Shown in pieces: positions 37,491 to 51,302 of a stretch of DNA of 62,000 nucleotides. The translations under genes and the position numbers were made by a program. The DNA is from Vicugna vicugna (Eukaryota): positions 1,896,616 through 1,958,615 of the forward strand of contig MU058584.1 in assembly GCA_013265495.1 (NCBI GenBank). The letters run 5' to 3'. The notes beneath the pieces are model-generated. The model made no database searches, was not told where the DNA came from, and saw only the letters and a program-made list of their open reading frames with translations. Each line of letters starts with the position of its first letter. Positions within the stretch are counted from its first letter, which is position 1.

Positions 37491-37629
37491 TACTTACTTA
37501 GTGATCCACTCTAAGAGTAGGGGCCGTTACTCTGCTGTTTCCCACTGTGTTTCCTGGGACTAGAACAGTGCCTGGTTCAGGACAGAGGCTTAGGGAGGAT
37601 TAGCAAGAAGAGTTATTTTGTTGCATTGT

Positions 37630-38935
37630 CTGAAACCAGAAAGATAAAAATCACATAATAGCAATATGACTGCCAGAAGTACCGAACAAATTCGATGAAG
37701 AAAAGAAAGGCTTTTTCATAAATTATGCTAACCAGTAGTTATTCATCAAGGACAAAAATAACCCCCAGCCCCTACCAACTGCATAAACAAAAACTAACTT
37801 GAGATGGAGCACAAATATAAATGTAAAAACTAGAACAGTAAGATTCCTAGACAGAAACTTACAAAAAATATTTTCATGACCACGGGCAAAGATTTCTTGA
37901 ATAGAATATAAGAATAATACTACATCAAAAAATGTAGATAAACTAGACTTCATTGAAATTCATATTTCTGTTCCTCAAAGTATACTTCAGTAATAAAATA
38001 AGTAGGCAAGCCACAGCCTGGGAGAAAATATTTGCAATGTACGTATCTGGCAAAGAATTTTTTTCCAGATGTACAGCAAGAACGCATCAATAGTCAAAAA
38101 GCCAACAACCTAATGAAACTGGGCAAAAGATATGAACAGACATTTTGCCAAAGAAAATATAAAAAATATCAATAAGCACATAAGAAGGTGCTCAGTTTGA
38201 ATCTTCAGGGAAATGCAAGTTAAAACAATGCAATAGCATGTCATATTCACTAAAATGGCTGAAATTTAAAAGAGTAACAATACAAATGTCAGCAAAGATG
38301 TCGAAAAGTTGGGACTCAATGCACTTTTAGCAAAGGGTAAAATGATAAAATTACCTTGCAAAATTATTTGGCAATATCTTATAAACTTAAACATGCAGCT
38401 GCCCTGTTCATTAATAATCCCATTCTCAGACATTTACTCACGAGAAATGATCAACCAAAAGATTTGTTTAAGAATGTTTCTGGCGATATTAGTCAGAAAA
38501 ACCAAAAGCTGTAAACAATCCGAGTGTTCCTCAACAGGAGGATTGTTAAACAAAATGTGATATATTCATAAAACGGATTACGACTCTGAAATACAAAGGA
38601 ACAGAGAGCTGATACATAGAGCAACATGGAAGAGTCTCAAAAACAAGTTATACAGGGCACAAAAGAAGCTTGAAATGCAAGAGTACATTCTCAATTATTT
38701 AATTTATAGAAAGGATAAGAACACATGAAAACAAATCTATGGTAATAGAAATTAGATAGTAGTTGCCTCTTTAGGGGTATGGGTAGGGTTGATCAGAAAA
38801 GGGTGTAAGGCAACTTTCTGGAGTGATGGAAATATTTTATATTTCATTTTGGCTGTATACAGTGGTTAAATCTTAATGAATGGAACACAGTATCTGTGCA
38901 TTCTCTTATATGTGTATTGTTGCTAAATTAAAATG
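37630..38935 (+). mobile_element. Old L1M ORF2 3' end and 3'UTR
   Basis: aggcaagccacagcctgggagaaaatatttgca (RQATAWEKIFA), gggaaatgcaagttaaaac, gagtgatggaaatatttt. Confidence 0.85.
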
Positions 38936-39250
38936 TATATGTGCATGTGTGCTTGTGTAGAACATGACTGCTGCCAAGAGTGAACTCTTGTGAATGAGGA
39001 GAGCCATGTAAACACAGTCCATGTGAAAAGTTACATAAAGGAATGGTTAGAAAAACCAGGGATGTATTATACTGCTTTTCCTGAAACCTGGAATTAATAG
39101 CATTCTCAAGTTAGATTGCCTTACATAATGGATCAGAGGGCACTTTCTTATAATATTCTATGACATTAGGATGACATGGAATTGAAATACAGATAACTGT
39201 GTCAAAGAAAAAGAAAAGTAACACGTGGGGGATTAAGAGTAGACATTCAA

Positions 39251-39626
39251 ACAGGTGACTGGATAAAGAAGATGTGGTATATTTATACAATGGAATACTA
39301 CTCAGCCATAAAAACTGACAACATAATGCCATTTGCAGCAACATGGATGCTCCTAGAGAATGTCATTCTAAGTGAAGTAAGCCAGAAAGAGAAAGAAAAA
39401 TACCATATGAGATCGCTCATATGTGGAATCTAAAAAACAAAAACAAACAAACAAACAAAAACAAAGCATAAATACAGGACAGAAATAGACTCATGGACAG
39501 AGAATACAGACTTGTGGTTAATGAGTGTGTATATGTCCATGAATGACTGAAAAATTGTGCTGAACACTGGAATTTGACACAACACTGTAAAATGATTATG
39601 AATCAATAAAAAATGTAAAAAAAAAA
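39251..39626 (+). mobile_element. Young 5'-truncated L1 3' end with an internal deletion
   Basis: Perfect 16-bp TSD aagagtagacattcaa at 39235-39250 and 39627-39642; poly(A) tail. Confidence 0.93.
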
Positions 39627-41372
39627 AAGAGTAGACATTCAAGAAATTGTTCACTATGAACAATTTTCCAAGTTCTCTTTCATAAAAAGTGAATGTGCCT
39701 CAAGAAATAAATCCATGTTAAATGAAAAGAGATTGGTTGATCAAATTAATATGGCAAATGCTGCATATGGTATCTCCTTCTTCATCATTCACACCATATA
39801 TAACCATATTAGAGACTCTGAAAATGACTGACATAGGAAACTGGTACGTTTATTTAACTCAGATTTTCCCAAAAGTATCCCCAATAGAATTTTCAACAAG
39901 CAGTAGACAACTATTATTTAAACACTGTCTTTCTATATCTTATATCCCCCCACTAATTTGTCATAATAAAGAGAGAATGCATTCAAGACTTGATGACTCA
40001 GTAAGTCTATTAGATAATTGATTCTGTGATAACATATTTCTAATTGAATGATAGAGTTCAAAGATAAAATATAATATTCTTTGCAAATATCTGCTTTGTA
40101 GACATCTTTACTTCAGGCATATTTATGCTGTAAGTGAAAAATGCTTATACCTTGCCAAGATTGTTGACATTGCCTTTCTAAATGGCCTTTTGATGAGAAA
40201 ACTTGAGCAGGGGCACAAGTTTAGGGCTGAAACTAAAAAAATGCCATTTGTATATATTAAATGTGAGATGACTTTTAGACACCCAAAGATAAGACAGAAG
40301 AGAGCAGGAGAGAAGTAGGGTAGACATACCTGGAGCCATCAGCATCGGGATGATATTTAAAGCCATGAGAATAGGGAGTAAAAGAGAGGACGGAGAATAT
40401 TCCAGTACAAGCCCTGGTGTATCACAACATCTAGAAGACAGGAAGATGATGAAGCAATGAAAGCTGATTTCAAGTAGCCAGTGATGTCAGCAGTCAATCA
40501 AGAAAATATGCATTTCAAAAATCAAGTGAGGAAAGCATTTTTTTAAGTTGATGATCAACTGAGACAAACAATGCTCACACATAAAATACGATGAGGACCA
40601 AGGACAAATCACTGAACATGACAACATGAAGATATCAATGACCCCAACAAGCTGAGACTCACATCATATATGAATGGCCTTGATGACCATTATAAGGATT
40701 CCAGATTTTACTTTGAATGAAGTGAGAGCCATTGGACGACACTGAGGAAACATGAGATGATTCTCATATGAGACAATCTGTCATGCACTTTAACAAGATC
40801 GCTCTGGCTGTGCTGACAAGACTGGGTGGTGGATGGACAGAAGCAGCAGCAGGAAGGTCAGTTAGGAGATGAATGCAACAATTCAGAGAAGACAATATGG
40901 TGGCTTGAACACAAGGTAGCAGGAAGCAGTGAGAAGTCAGATTTTGGATATATTTTGTAGAAAGGACCAACAAGCTGTACAGATGGACTAGATCTAGAGA
41001 GTGAAAGAGAGAGAGGAGTCACAAGTTGCTCCCAAGTATTTGACCTCAGTGATTGGAAAGATGCAGTTATGTATCAAGGTCACTCTTAAGTGTTTGAGAA
41101 AAAGAGGAAGTACAAGTAAAGAGAACAAAGCATGATCAGTGACACTGAGGAAAATCCCAAAGACCCAGAAGTATAGTGGAGAAGAAAGCATTTCTAGGAA
41201 AAAAAAAAAAGATCCACTGCATTACATGCCACTGGTAGGTCAGATAAGATAAGGACAACAAAATAACTACTCGATTAAGAATCCCAGAGATCATCGGTAA
41301 CCACAAGAGTTACTTTGGAGCAGAGATGGAGTCAAAAGCTTGACAGAAGTGAATGTAAGAGAGAAGGGAAGT

Positions 41373-41462
41373 GGGGGTGGGTATAGCTTAACGGTAGAGT
41401 GCATGCTTAGCACGCACAAGGTCCATACCCAGTATCTCCATTACAAAAAAAGAAGAAAAAAG
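41373..41462 (+). mobile_element. tRNA-derived camelid-type SINE with damaged B-box
   Basis: gggtatagcttaacggtagagtgcatgcttagcacgcacaaggtcc...ccagtatctcc and A tail. Confidence 0.85.
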
Positions 41463-41465
41463 ATG

Positions 41466-42305
41466 CTTTTTTAAAATCAAAGTATAGTTCATCTACAATA
41501 TTGTGTTAGTTTCAGTTGCACAGCATAGTGATTCAGTTACATATATTTTTCAGATTCTATTCCATTACAGATGATTACAAGATAGTGAATATAATTCCAT
41601 TACAGATTATTACAAGACATTAAATCCTTGTTATGTATCTATTTTGTGTATAGTAGTTTATATCTGTTAATATCAAACTCCTAATTTATCCCTCCCCCAC
41701 CCTTTCCCCTTTGGTAACCACAAGTTTGTTTTCTATATGTGTGAATGTGTTTCTGTTTTGTGTATGGATTCATTTGCATTATTTTTTAGATTTCACATAT
41801 GAGTGCTATCATACAGTATTTGTCTTCCTCTGTCTGACTTACTTCAATAAGTATAATATTCTCTAGCTCCATCCATGTTGTTGCAAATGGCAACATTTCA
41901 TATTTTTATGGCTGAGTAATGTTTCCTTGTTTATACATGTGACATCTTCTTCAGCCAATCATCTGTTGATGGGCACTTGGTTTGCTTCCATGTCTTGACT
42001 ATTGTAAATAGTGCTATGGACGTGAGGGTGCACATATCTTTTCAAATTAGAGTTTTCATTTTTTCTGGATATATGCCCAGGAGTGGGATTGCTGGGTCAT
42101 ACGGTAACTCTAATTTTAGTTTTTTAAGGAACCTCTGTCCTGTTTTCCATAGTGGCTCCACCAATTTACATGCTCACCAACAATGGAGGAGGGTTTCCCC
42201 TCCCTCAATACCCTCTCCAGCATTTAATATTTGCAGACTTTTTGGTGATAACCATTCTGACCAGTGCAAGGTGATATCTCATTGTGGTTTTGATTTTCAT
42301 TTCAA
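41466..42305 (-). mobile_element. L1 ORF2 C-terminus and 3'UTR
   Basis: Minus strand reads [30 protein letters not shown] followed by 3'UTR. Confidence 0.92.
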
Positions 42306-44739
42306 ATATTTTAAATAAATCTTGCAGTCAAGAAGTGGGGTCCTGGCTGAGAGAGAAGAAAGTGAAAGACAGTTTTTGTTTTTAGGTAAGAGAAATAAAA
42401 GCATGTTTCTGTTGGGAAAGGTCCAACAGAGAGAGAAAGTACATTGATGCAAGAGAAAGTGGGAAGCCTTACTGGAAATTGATGAGGAAGGATGGAAATT
42501 TTTGCCAGAGGGAAGAGGTGGTCATGGATGCAGTGAAGAGGGTTCATCCACATAAACAAAGAAGAAGATGGTGCCCATGAATGTAGGTGTCAGTGGATAC
42601 ACAGATGCGGTGGTAGGGGGGTCATGGAGGTCGTCTGCTGAGTGCCTCAATTTTCCCATTGGAATAGAAAGACAGTCCTTAGCTGAGAAGGAGACTGGGG
42701 AGGAGATGATGGAGGTTTGAGAAGAGAGAGAAGGTATGCGATTGCCATGGAGAAGAATAATGCGCTTGGTTGGCCAGGCAACCTGCAGCCCAGTGGTGCT
42801 GAGCGGTCATGAGCCTGAAGTCAGGCAGCACGACCGTGTGCTTTCCTCCCGCGGGTTCTGCTGTGCGGGTGCAGCACAGTAGGTGGGGGGCGGGATTGAA
42901 CTGAGAGTATGTTTCTGCCCCAGTGAATAACTGTTGCAATTAAACTTTCAGACACCAGCTGTGCCAAGGGGCATGACAGCCGGGGATGAGGAAAGGGTGA
43001 CGTGGCAAAAGGAAAATAACATTTCCTGGAGTCCGCCTCTAGGTTGTAGGAGCTTTAAATTTCATATGATTCTCACAACAGCCGTGTGATGTAGATGTGT
43101 TCTCCATATGACATATGGAGAAACAGGGACTAAGAGAAAGTAAACCATTTGTTCTAAGACAATATGGCCAGTTAGCAGAGGACCATGCAGAAGAGCACAG
43201 GTGTTCCTGAGACCCTCCTAGGCTGGACTGGAGGAGAGATTGGGTATAGTGTCCCGCGGGATATCATTAGCTCAGGGGCCAGATCGCGGCTGAGTCAGCT
43301 GGCCAGACACCAGGACACAGCTTCCTGCCATCAAAACCCCAGGTGGCAGACACAGTCACCAATTTGGCTGGGGATACGTGGCACCACCACTCACAAAACC
43401 ACTCATTTGCTCCTATAAAACAGTCATCACCTCGCAGGATGCCAAGAAAATCAATCATGACTAAACTCCCAATTTGGTTTGAATCATTGACCACGCGTAG
43501 ACATGATCATAATGTCTGGTTATCATTCCTCGTGATAAACATCCTCAGGTCTGCAGTCACTGTGGGTCTGCACAAACCAGTGACATTCAGGTGAATCTTC
43601 CTTGAAGCCAGTTTCAGTCTTCGGAATGGATTGCTTCATTCGCGGGTGCCCCCCTAATTCCAATAGATGTGGAAGAGGCTTTAGAGATAATTGTGCTTAG
43701 CTTCTTCATTTCACAGGCTTCAGAATCCTAATGTTATATAAAATGTAGGTATGCTCTCCTGACTCGGATACTAACTTAATAATGAGGGCACACAAGGGAG
43801 AAATCCTTCTCAATTTGAAATAATTTTTGTAAGCGTGTACATTTTAAGAACTTCTGGTTCCTTTCTTTCCTTAATACGGACACTGCTCTTTGCAAATAGC
43901 ATGTCCTCAATAACTGTTTATTAAATGTTAAACTGGCTGGCCAAAGGGAACGAAGCCATGGCACGTAAAAAAAAAAAAAACTGCCCAGAGAATTTCACAT
44001 CCCTGGCATGTTTCTCCCAGAGTGGGGCTTCATGGCCCTAAATGGGGACGATTCGGAGGAAAATCAGGACAGGTGGTAGATTTCGTGAAAAAAATAAAAA
44101 GCGTAGCAAGGTCACTGTAGCTGTGAGACAGCCTGGTTGAATCCCCAGCCCCAAGTCAGCTGCTGCACCTGCAGCTCCGAATGTGACCGTTAAAAGGCTA
44201 CTGTTGGATTTCAAGTAAGAGACATGCAGGGGGAGGCAACTTCTGAGCAGCAGGGGACTAAGCTTCGGAATAATGTCTCTTACTCTGACTACACTTATTA
44301 AAACAACCCTCTCAGTAAAGAGGGAAAGGGGTATCAAAGTGGAGCATCGAGGACAATTTAAGGACATAGAAAAAACTGTATTTCCTGCATTAAAAAACTT
44401 CACAATAGCGCCCCTGTTTATCATCTATTATTTTCAAGGTTCATGAGAGGCATAGATTAGGTGCACTCCTTCTTGGGTTTAGAATCCAGACAGACAAGAT
44501 GTACACTTACTATTCTGCCACAGAGTGGTGTGCGGTGAATGTCGGAGAACTAATGAAAACTAAATGGTGAAAGAACTCAGAAGCACTTTTACAGTGGCTC
44601 CTCAAAGCAGTATTATGATCGCGCATATTCAGGTAAGGAAACCAGGGGTCTAAAAGTTTAAGTGACGTGCCTGATACTCTGTGACTAGAGTAGATATCGG
44701 GTGTGGAGGTGCAGAGTGTGAAGGGCTGGCTTAGCAGTG

Positions 44740-44960
44740 ACGAGGTCTGTGAAACAGAAGGGAAGAGGGACATGAAGTGATGGAGAGTTCCAGTTGTGAA
44801 GACCCTGGTGGTGAAAGAATTCTGAGTGGCGATAAGGTAGGTCCACACAGTAACCTGCTGGTGCTCATTTACAGTAGAGGGGTGACAGCTGCTCTTGGTG
44901 ATCAGGGGTTCAGGAACTGTGAGGTGTGATCGCCAAGGAGGTCTTCAACATGGATAGCAA
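44740..44960 (-). mobile_element. L2 endonuclease-region remnant
   Basis: Minus strand HVEDLLGDHTSQFLNP resembles L2 HVDDPS..ASQFLDL. Confidence 0.5.
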
Positions 44961-45994
44961 AACTAACTGGGGCATTAGGTAGACCCTTCTGCCATTATGA
45001 AAAGTGTAAATATGTGTGGAGATCAGTGGACAGTGAAAACAAAGATGTAGAGAAACTTAACTCACCAAGATTATGATCTACATCATAGAGTCTGGTTAAA
45101 CCCACGGCACAGTCAAATTTAGCCAGTGTGACTATCTATGGCTCATTAAAATAACCACACCAGGCGGATATTACAGGGTTCCCAACACTCTAGGAACTTG
45201 AGGAACTTATGATTCGGAAATCGAGCCAGATTATTTTGGAGGATCTGATTTGATGTGGGTGCTGTTGTCATGGTTTAAGCTTTCCTGTTCTGATCACATG
45301 GGGGCTCAGACGATGGTGATGTCCTCAATTTTCAGTTTCCTTTCCTTTGCTATTTATCACATGACAGTTGGCTTCATTGTCGCTCTTCCCTCTCAGACTA
45401 TTTCTTTTTGTGGCCAGAAACTATGTCTTTCTTACAAATGTTTTCTTCAGCGTTAGCAGGGTCCCTAGCACATGGTTAGTGGTCAATAAATGTTGTTGAA
45501 TAAAAGAAGTAATATTCGAGCTGGATTGTGAAATATGAACAAATGTTAATCAAGTGATCTGGGAGAGCAGAATACAGGGTGGTAGGAACCATTTCACCCA
45601 GAGAAAGTGTTGTGGTTGAAAAAAAAAATTGGAGGACTGACGTATCAAAGAGTTCAGGCTGCTGCGTAACATTCTGGATGGGAATGTTGGCTTTAGTATC
45701 AGAGAGCTGGGTTCAAGTCACACTTCCATTCCTTAACAGCTGAATGGTCTTGGGCTACAACTGAGAAAAAAGAGAGGGAAAAAAACGACTAGAGTCTCAC
45801 CCTTATTCTAAAGAAGGGGCAAAGGGAAGGAATTGAGTATCTGTTATTTATCTGCTGTTCTCAGTGTCTCCATGACACAGAGAAGACTGACATTTTTGCT
45901 CACTAAAACATTTTATTTTCTAAAATATTTTTGTTGGCACTCATTTTGGGACTATATCTATCTGGTGTTGGACAAAGACATGTAGACTTCTTTT

Positions 45995-46365
45995 CTCTTT
46001 TAATTAACTATAGTTGATTTGCAGTATTTCATTAGTTTTAGGTGTCCAACAAAGTGATTCAGTTATACATACATGTATGCACATTATCTGTATTTTTTTA
46101 TTCTTTTCCGTTGTAAGTTATTACAAGATATTGAATATAGTTTCTTGTGCTATGTAGTAAATCCTTGTTTATCTATCTTATATATGGTAGTGTGTATCTG
46201 CTAATCCCATCTTCCTAATTTATCCCTCCCCCATCCCTTTCCCTTTGGTACCCATGAGTTTGTTTCCTACGTCTATGAGTCTGTTTCCATTTTGTGAATA
46301 AATTCAGTTGTACTATTTTTTTAAGACTCCACGTATAAGTCATGTCATACAATATTTGTCTTTCC
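45995..46365 (-). mobile_element. L1 3' end
   Basis: Same reversed 3'UTR as 14660 and 22665 (tatagttgattt...ttacaagatattgaatatag...aatatttgtcttt). Confidence 0.88.
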
Positions 46366-47377
46366 CAAGACAGATAGGCTTCTAAAATGACCCAACGCCA
46401 TACCACAAGAATCAATTTTAATAAATTCTAACAAAATGTTATAAAATTAATAACATAGGACAAAATTTTAACATGAAGCACCAATAAACATCAGTTAAAT
46501 GATATAATTAAAGGACTTTGTAAACTGTTATCTGCTGTACAAAAATCACGTAAGAGACCCAAAGGCACGGTGGAAAGGATATGCGGCGTTAGAAGGCTTG
46601 AGCGGGCTCGCCAGCTCCATCCCTTGATAGCTATACAGACTTCAGCAATTTGCATAAACTCTGTGAGCTTTAGTTTCAAGGTTGACAGCAATACCTACCT
46701 CATGATGGTATTACTGGTGACGATCAGTAGAAACAATAAACATGAAAGTGTTTTGTCATTACGATTATGACACATTTTATAAATATTTTGTTACTGAGGG
46801 ACAATTTTTCATTTCCCTGTCAAAAAGGGGAGTGAGAAAATGATAAAAAGCATCCAATGGTCCTGGAAAGATGATGCAAATTTTTGCAGTTGTGAGTCAG
46901 CAGGATGTTGAGACGGTTCTGTGTCTGGAGCCTGATTTAGGCAGGTACAAGTTGTGTGATTCAATTTTATCACCTCATTGAGTCTTAGGTCTGCCCGCTA
47001 CCTGAAAAATAGAAATAATAAAGCTCACTTGGCAGGGGTCTTGTGAGAAGAATGAAAAACTAATGTAGAGCATCTGGAACAAGAGAGACATTCAGTAGAG
47101 ATGGCCGGTTTTATCACTGTCTTCTTCTCCATCACCATCATCATCATTTTGTATTTTTCCCCTTCTGCAAACTTCAGCCAGGGCAATGGTGGGGAAATAG
47201 GCCTGTTCCAAGCTAGCAGCACAGATGAAAACTTGGAGTTTCTTACCAAGCCCTTGATCTACTGAGGCAAAGTCTCACTTTATTATATAGTAGATTTGCT
47301 CATTTCTTCATTCTGCTTTTCAAATTCAACTGAAGTTTGTAGACTAAACTTATTTGCCTTAAACAATGGAAGACAAC

Positions 47378-47704
47378 TGATATAAATGAACTTTTTTGCA
47401 AACCAGAAATAGACTCACAGACATAGGAAACAAACTATAGGAGGGGACATGAGTGGGGGATGAATAAGTTAGGAGTTTGGGATTCACATACACACACTAC
47501 TATATATAAAAGAAAGAAACAACAAGGACTGACGGTATAGCATAGGGAACTATATTCAATATCTTGTAATAACTCATAATGCAGAAGAAGCTGAAAAAGA
47601 ATGTATATGTGTGTATATGTATAATTGAATCACTTTGCTGTACACCTGAAACTAACACAACATTGTAAATCAACTGTACTTCAATATAAATTTTTTTAAT
47701 TAAA
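47378..47704 (+). mobile_element. 5'-truncated L1 3' end
   Basis: 17-bp TSD with two mismatches: aaacaatggaagacaac 47361-47377 / aaaaaatggaagccaac 47705-47721. Confidence 0.9.
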
Positions 47705-49291
47705 AAAAAATGGAAGCCAACAAGAATCAAAGTGCCAATGCAAAAGTGATCTGGCTTCCATCAGATAGGCAGAGTGAAATGATCATGGCAGGAATCCGTT
47801 CAGAGATCTCAAGGTTAAAGTTTATTTCTATAAAGTATTCAAAATTTGGTTTACTTATTGGATGTCATTGTGTAGAAGGTGCTAAATAAATAGGAGCTAT
47901 CATTTTGGCGATCTTAATGACTGCTACTTTAGTGTTTGAACACTGAACAATACTCACAGAATAAGCAATTTAATAAACTAGCGATTGCTCATGCAAGGGC
48001 AATTACTCCCATTTTGGTTTAATGATTAATGTGTGTTTTTTTTTAATTCCCAACTTTAGCAAGCAATCTTGTAATGAAAAAGAAAGTACAAAATGCTGCA
48101 TGCTACGATGATTATAAAATGATCATTTTATTAATATTATGGAGCACCTAGGAATATTCATCTCATTGTAGCTCTTGAGGTTCTGAAATTCTGTCTTTAT
48201 CCATAGGAAATACAAGAGCTGAAAAGCCAGTTTAGTGCAGGTGGAGTTATAATGTAACTTAAGGGGCACTGGACAATCTGTGACCACATATATTTCTTTC
48301 AGAGACCTGGTCTAATTTTTGAAGCCGCATTGTTAAAGGGAGTTTGTGCAAGGAAAGAAAAATATTCCTGAACTACTTAGTGCTGTATGGGAGAGTGAAT
48401 GCTAAAGAAACTCTGTCACGGGGTACTGGGAACACTATAATCCAGAGGTGGGGGTGTGGGGAGGTGGGAGAGACCTCAAAAGGCAAGAGGGAAACTTTAA
48501 ATCCAGTTCTACGTTCTTAATAAATCATAGAAGGCATCCTTAAAAGTAGACCAAAATGTGAAAGCACATCTTTCCTGGATACCACGATAGCACCAGGGGA
48601 AGCATTCAGAACCACAGTACTGGGACCAACCTTCCACCATTACTGCTCCATCAGGCCTCCCATTCCTGATGACCTCAGTCATGACCAGAATCCCAAGCGT
48701 CCTAGGCTATTCATCACCCTAACTCCAAATCACATATTCTTGGCATATTTGCTAGTCTGACCCAATCCTTCACTCCTCCTGCTCTCCTAAATCTTCACTG
48801 CCTTCTGGAACTGTCATTCTGCAACCAGCCAGCTCCTTCACATGACCTGGTATCATTTCACATTCTCTTTGGGAAATGGCATTTTACTGGAAAAAAATAA
48901 CTATATCCCAAAGTCTGTACCTCCTACAGTCTTCTCCAGACTAAGCTTAATCATCTTGTACCAGCAGATCAGGACGTAGGGTTAGTTTATTAGTTTTTCT
49001 TGTTCTTCATAACTAACTTCATTTCTGTTCCTCTTACAAAAATTCCTCCTTCTCTAAGAAATCATTCTACTTTACTTTTTATTTCTACCCAGAGCCTGTT
49101 GATGTGCCCTCATTCACTGAAGTCTTGAACTCCTTGCTCACAATATTTCTTTCCAACTTAACTAGTCATTGTGTGTGGCAATTTCAATAATCTTGTGGAT
49201 AACTCTGTCCTCTCAAAACCTTGACTTTCTAGGTCTCTGAGCTTTTCATCTCCAAAGACCATTTCCTCCACTCCACATCAGCCATTCTATC

Positions 49292-49735
49292 TGTAATAGT
49301 CAGCTTTGGCTTAAGTACCAACCCCAACATCTCAGTATCTTATAACAGTAAAGGTTGATTTTTTTTTAACTCATGTGAAATATCAGCCAGTGATAAACTG
49401 CAACTCCGTTCTATATGTCTGGAATCTTGTCTTGAGAAGCAGTGCCTGTCTGAAACATGTTGGGTTTGTAAATTTAAAAAAAAAATGGGGTGGGGAGGGA
49501 GGTGGGAATGGTGGAGTTATATGATAGCTCTTAATACTGCTGCTCAATAATGGCCAATGTCACTTCTGTTCATATTCCAGTGACCAAAGCAAGTCAGATG
49601 GCCAAGCCTGAGTAAATGGGACAGTGAAGTACGTCCCTCCCATGGGGAAGCCCATGACTGAAAGCAAGGCATGTGTAAAGGAAAACAATGGATAATACTG
49701 ATGTGGGGGGAAAATATTACAGAATTCAAAGCAAT
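49292..49735 (-). mobile_element. MLT1 (I/J-like) solo LTR nested in L2
   Basis: aaccccaacatctcagt...tgtcacttctgttcatattccagtgaccaaagcaagtcagatggccaagcctga. Confidence 0.8.
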
Positions 49736-50009
49736 AGTATAATTCACCATGCTACTCCTTTTTCAAAACATATATTTTATCATCAGAAAATTTTTTATCA
49801 TTCCTGAAATCTTGAATGCTAACTTCCATCTCCCTGACACCAACCTCTTATCCTACCAACTTTCTTATTCAATTATCACCACTATAATAACCCTACATCT
49901 TGTGACCTATATGTCACTGTTGCACTGCTTTCTCACTGTCTATCAGTCTTCTTCATAATTCGCCTCCGTTCTTGCCCTGTTTAGAAGCCATGGTTCACAA
50001 TAACAACAA

Positions 50010-50230
50010 CAATAAAAATCATAGCGGGAGGAGACGTGCGCTGAGCATTTCCATGTCCTGCACTTGTCTAAACGCTTTACATGTATTAACACGCTCGATA
50101 CTTGCAACAACCACAGAGTACAGCAGGTTTTAATACTTCTGTCTTCCTGATGAGGAAGCTGAGGTGCACATAGGTTAATAATATGTCCAAGGTCACAAAT
50201 GCGGCATCAAGACAATTTCCACGGTCCAAA
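50010..50230 (-). mobile_element. MIR nested in L2
   Basis: ctgagcattt...gctttacatgtattaac...gatgaggaagctgagg...gtccaaggtcaca. Confidence 0.8.
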
Positions 50231-50642
50231 GCCACCCAAAATAACCATGTTCCCATGCTCAAATTCCAATCTACAGTACCACTTCCAAGCCCCTCTTATA
50301 GAGACGTTTTGAAGCTGCCACTCCTTGCACCTTTCCCCTGTAATGTCTCTTATAAAAATAAATCAAATGTAAATCAATCCTCCTTTAACTCAAATAACCA
50401 CATTCCCTGTGCTACACATGAGGAACAGTGGTGGAGAAAAATCACACAAATAGGTTAAAAAGTTTCCTATTAAACATGATCTCAAACGTAGTTACACGCT
50501 CTACACCGCCTGGCACATCTGCTCCATGTTTACTGGATCTCCAGGAGGACCCAGTCTTAACTTCACCCTCCTCCCTCCTCATAAGTCATACGTCTCCTTC
50601 CCCCTGCCCCTCATTCTCTGCTGATGACCTTGACTCTTATAA

Positions 50643-50911
50643 TACAGTCATTCTTCAGTATCCACAGGGATCCCTGGAGGGTACCAAATACGAGGATGCT
50701 CAAGTTCCTTAGGTAAAATGACACAGTATCTGCATATAACCTATGCACATCCTCCCCGACATTTTAAAACATTCCTAGGTTACTTATAATATCCAATACA
50801 ATACACATATTTTACTTTTTAACACTTCCTGGGATTGTTTTCCCGAATATTTTCAATCCTCGGTTGGTTGAATCTACCGATGCAGAACCCACAGATACGA
50901 GGGCCAATTGC
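50643..50911. mobile_element. MER2 (Tigger/TcMar) nested in L2
   Basis: tacagtcattcttcagtatccacaggg...ggatgctcaagttcctta...tgcatataacctatgcacatcctccc...ggttggttgaatc...gaacccacagatacgagggcc. Confidence 0.88.
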
Positions 50912-51226
50912 ATTCAGATATTCTAAACTGTCACTCGGGAATCCTTGATGGTCCATCGCTGCATCTACGAAACTGCCTGCATCTATACCTTTTTTTTTTT
51001 TTTTTTTGCTCTTCCTTCCAGCTACAATGGAATACTTTTCTTTTGCTTTTCAAAGGCTCACCCTTCCACATGGGTTCTGCATCCATTTCTGTCTCAGGTC
51101 TCGAAGGATTCTGCTTCTTCAGATATCTTTTCTCTTTTGCATCATACAACTCTTTCTTCCTCCTTAGTGGAATAAGTCAGCATACAGATATTCTCTATTG
51201 TCTCTCATCCTAAGACAAGTCTCCTT

Positions 51227-51272
<46 letters not shown>

Positions 51273-51302
51273 CAGACAGACATACAGATAGATAGATAGA
51301 TA
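51227..51302. repeat. Compound tetranucleotide STR (GATA)11(GACA)3TACA(GATA)4
   Basis: Read directly. Confidence 0.95.

Larger units (their letters stand above)
40170..42930 (-). mobile_element. L2 remnants (at least two overlapping copies) interrupted by a SINE and an L1
   Basis: Purine-rich reverse L2 text (tgagatgacttttagacacccaa; aagatcgctctggctg; tcagattttggatatattttg); ~42620-42690 reads like decayed SADDLASYFTEKIEAIRR on minus. Confidence 0.75.
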
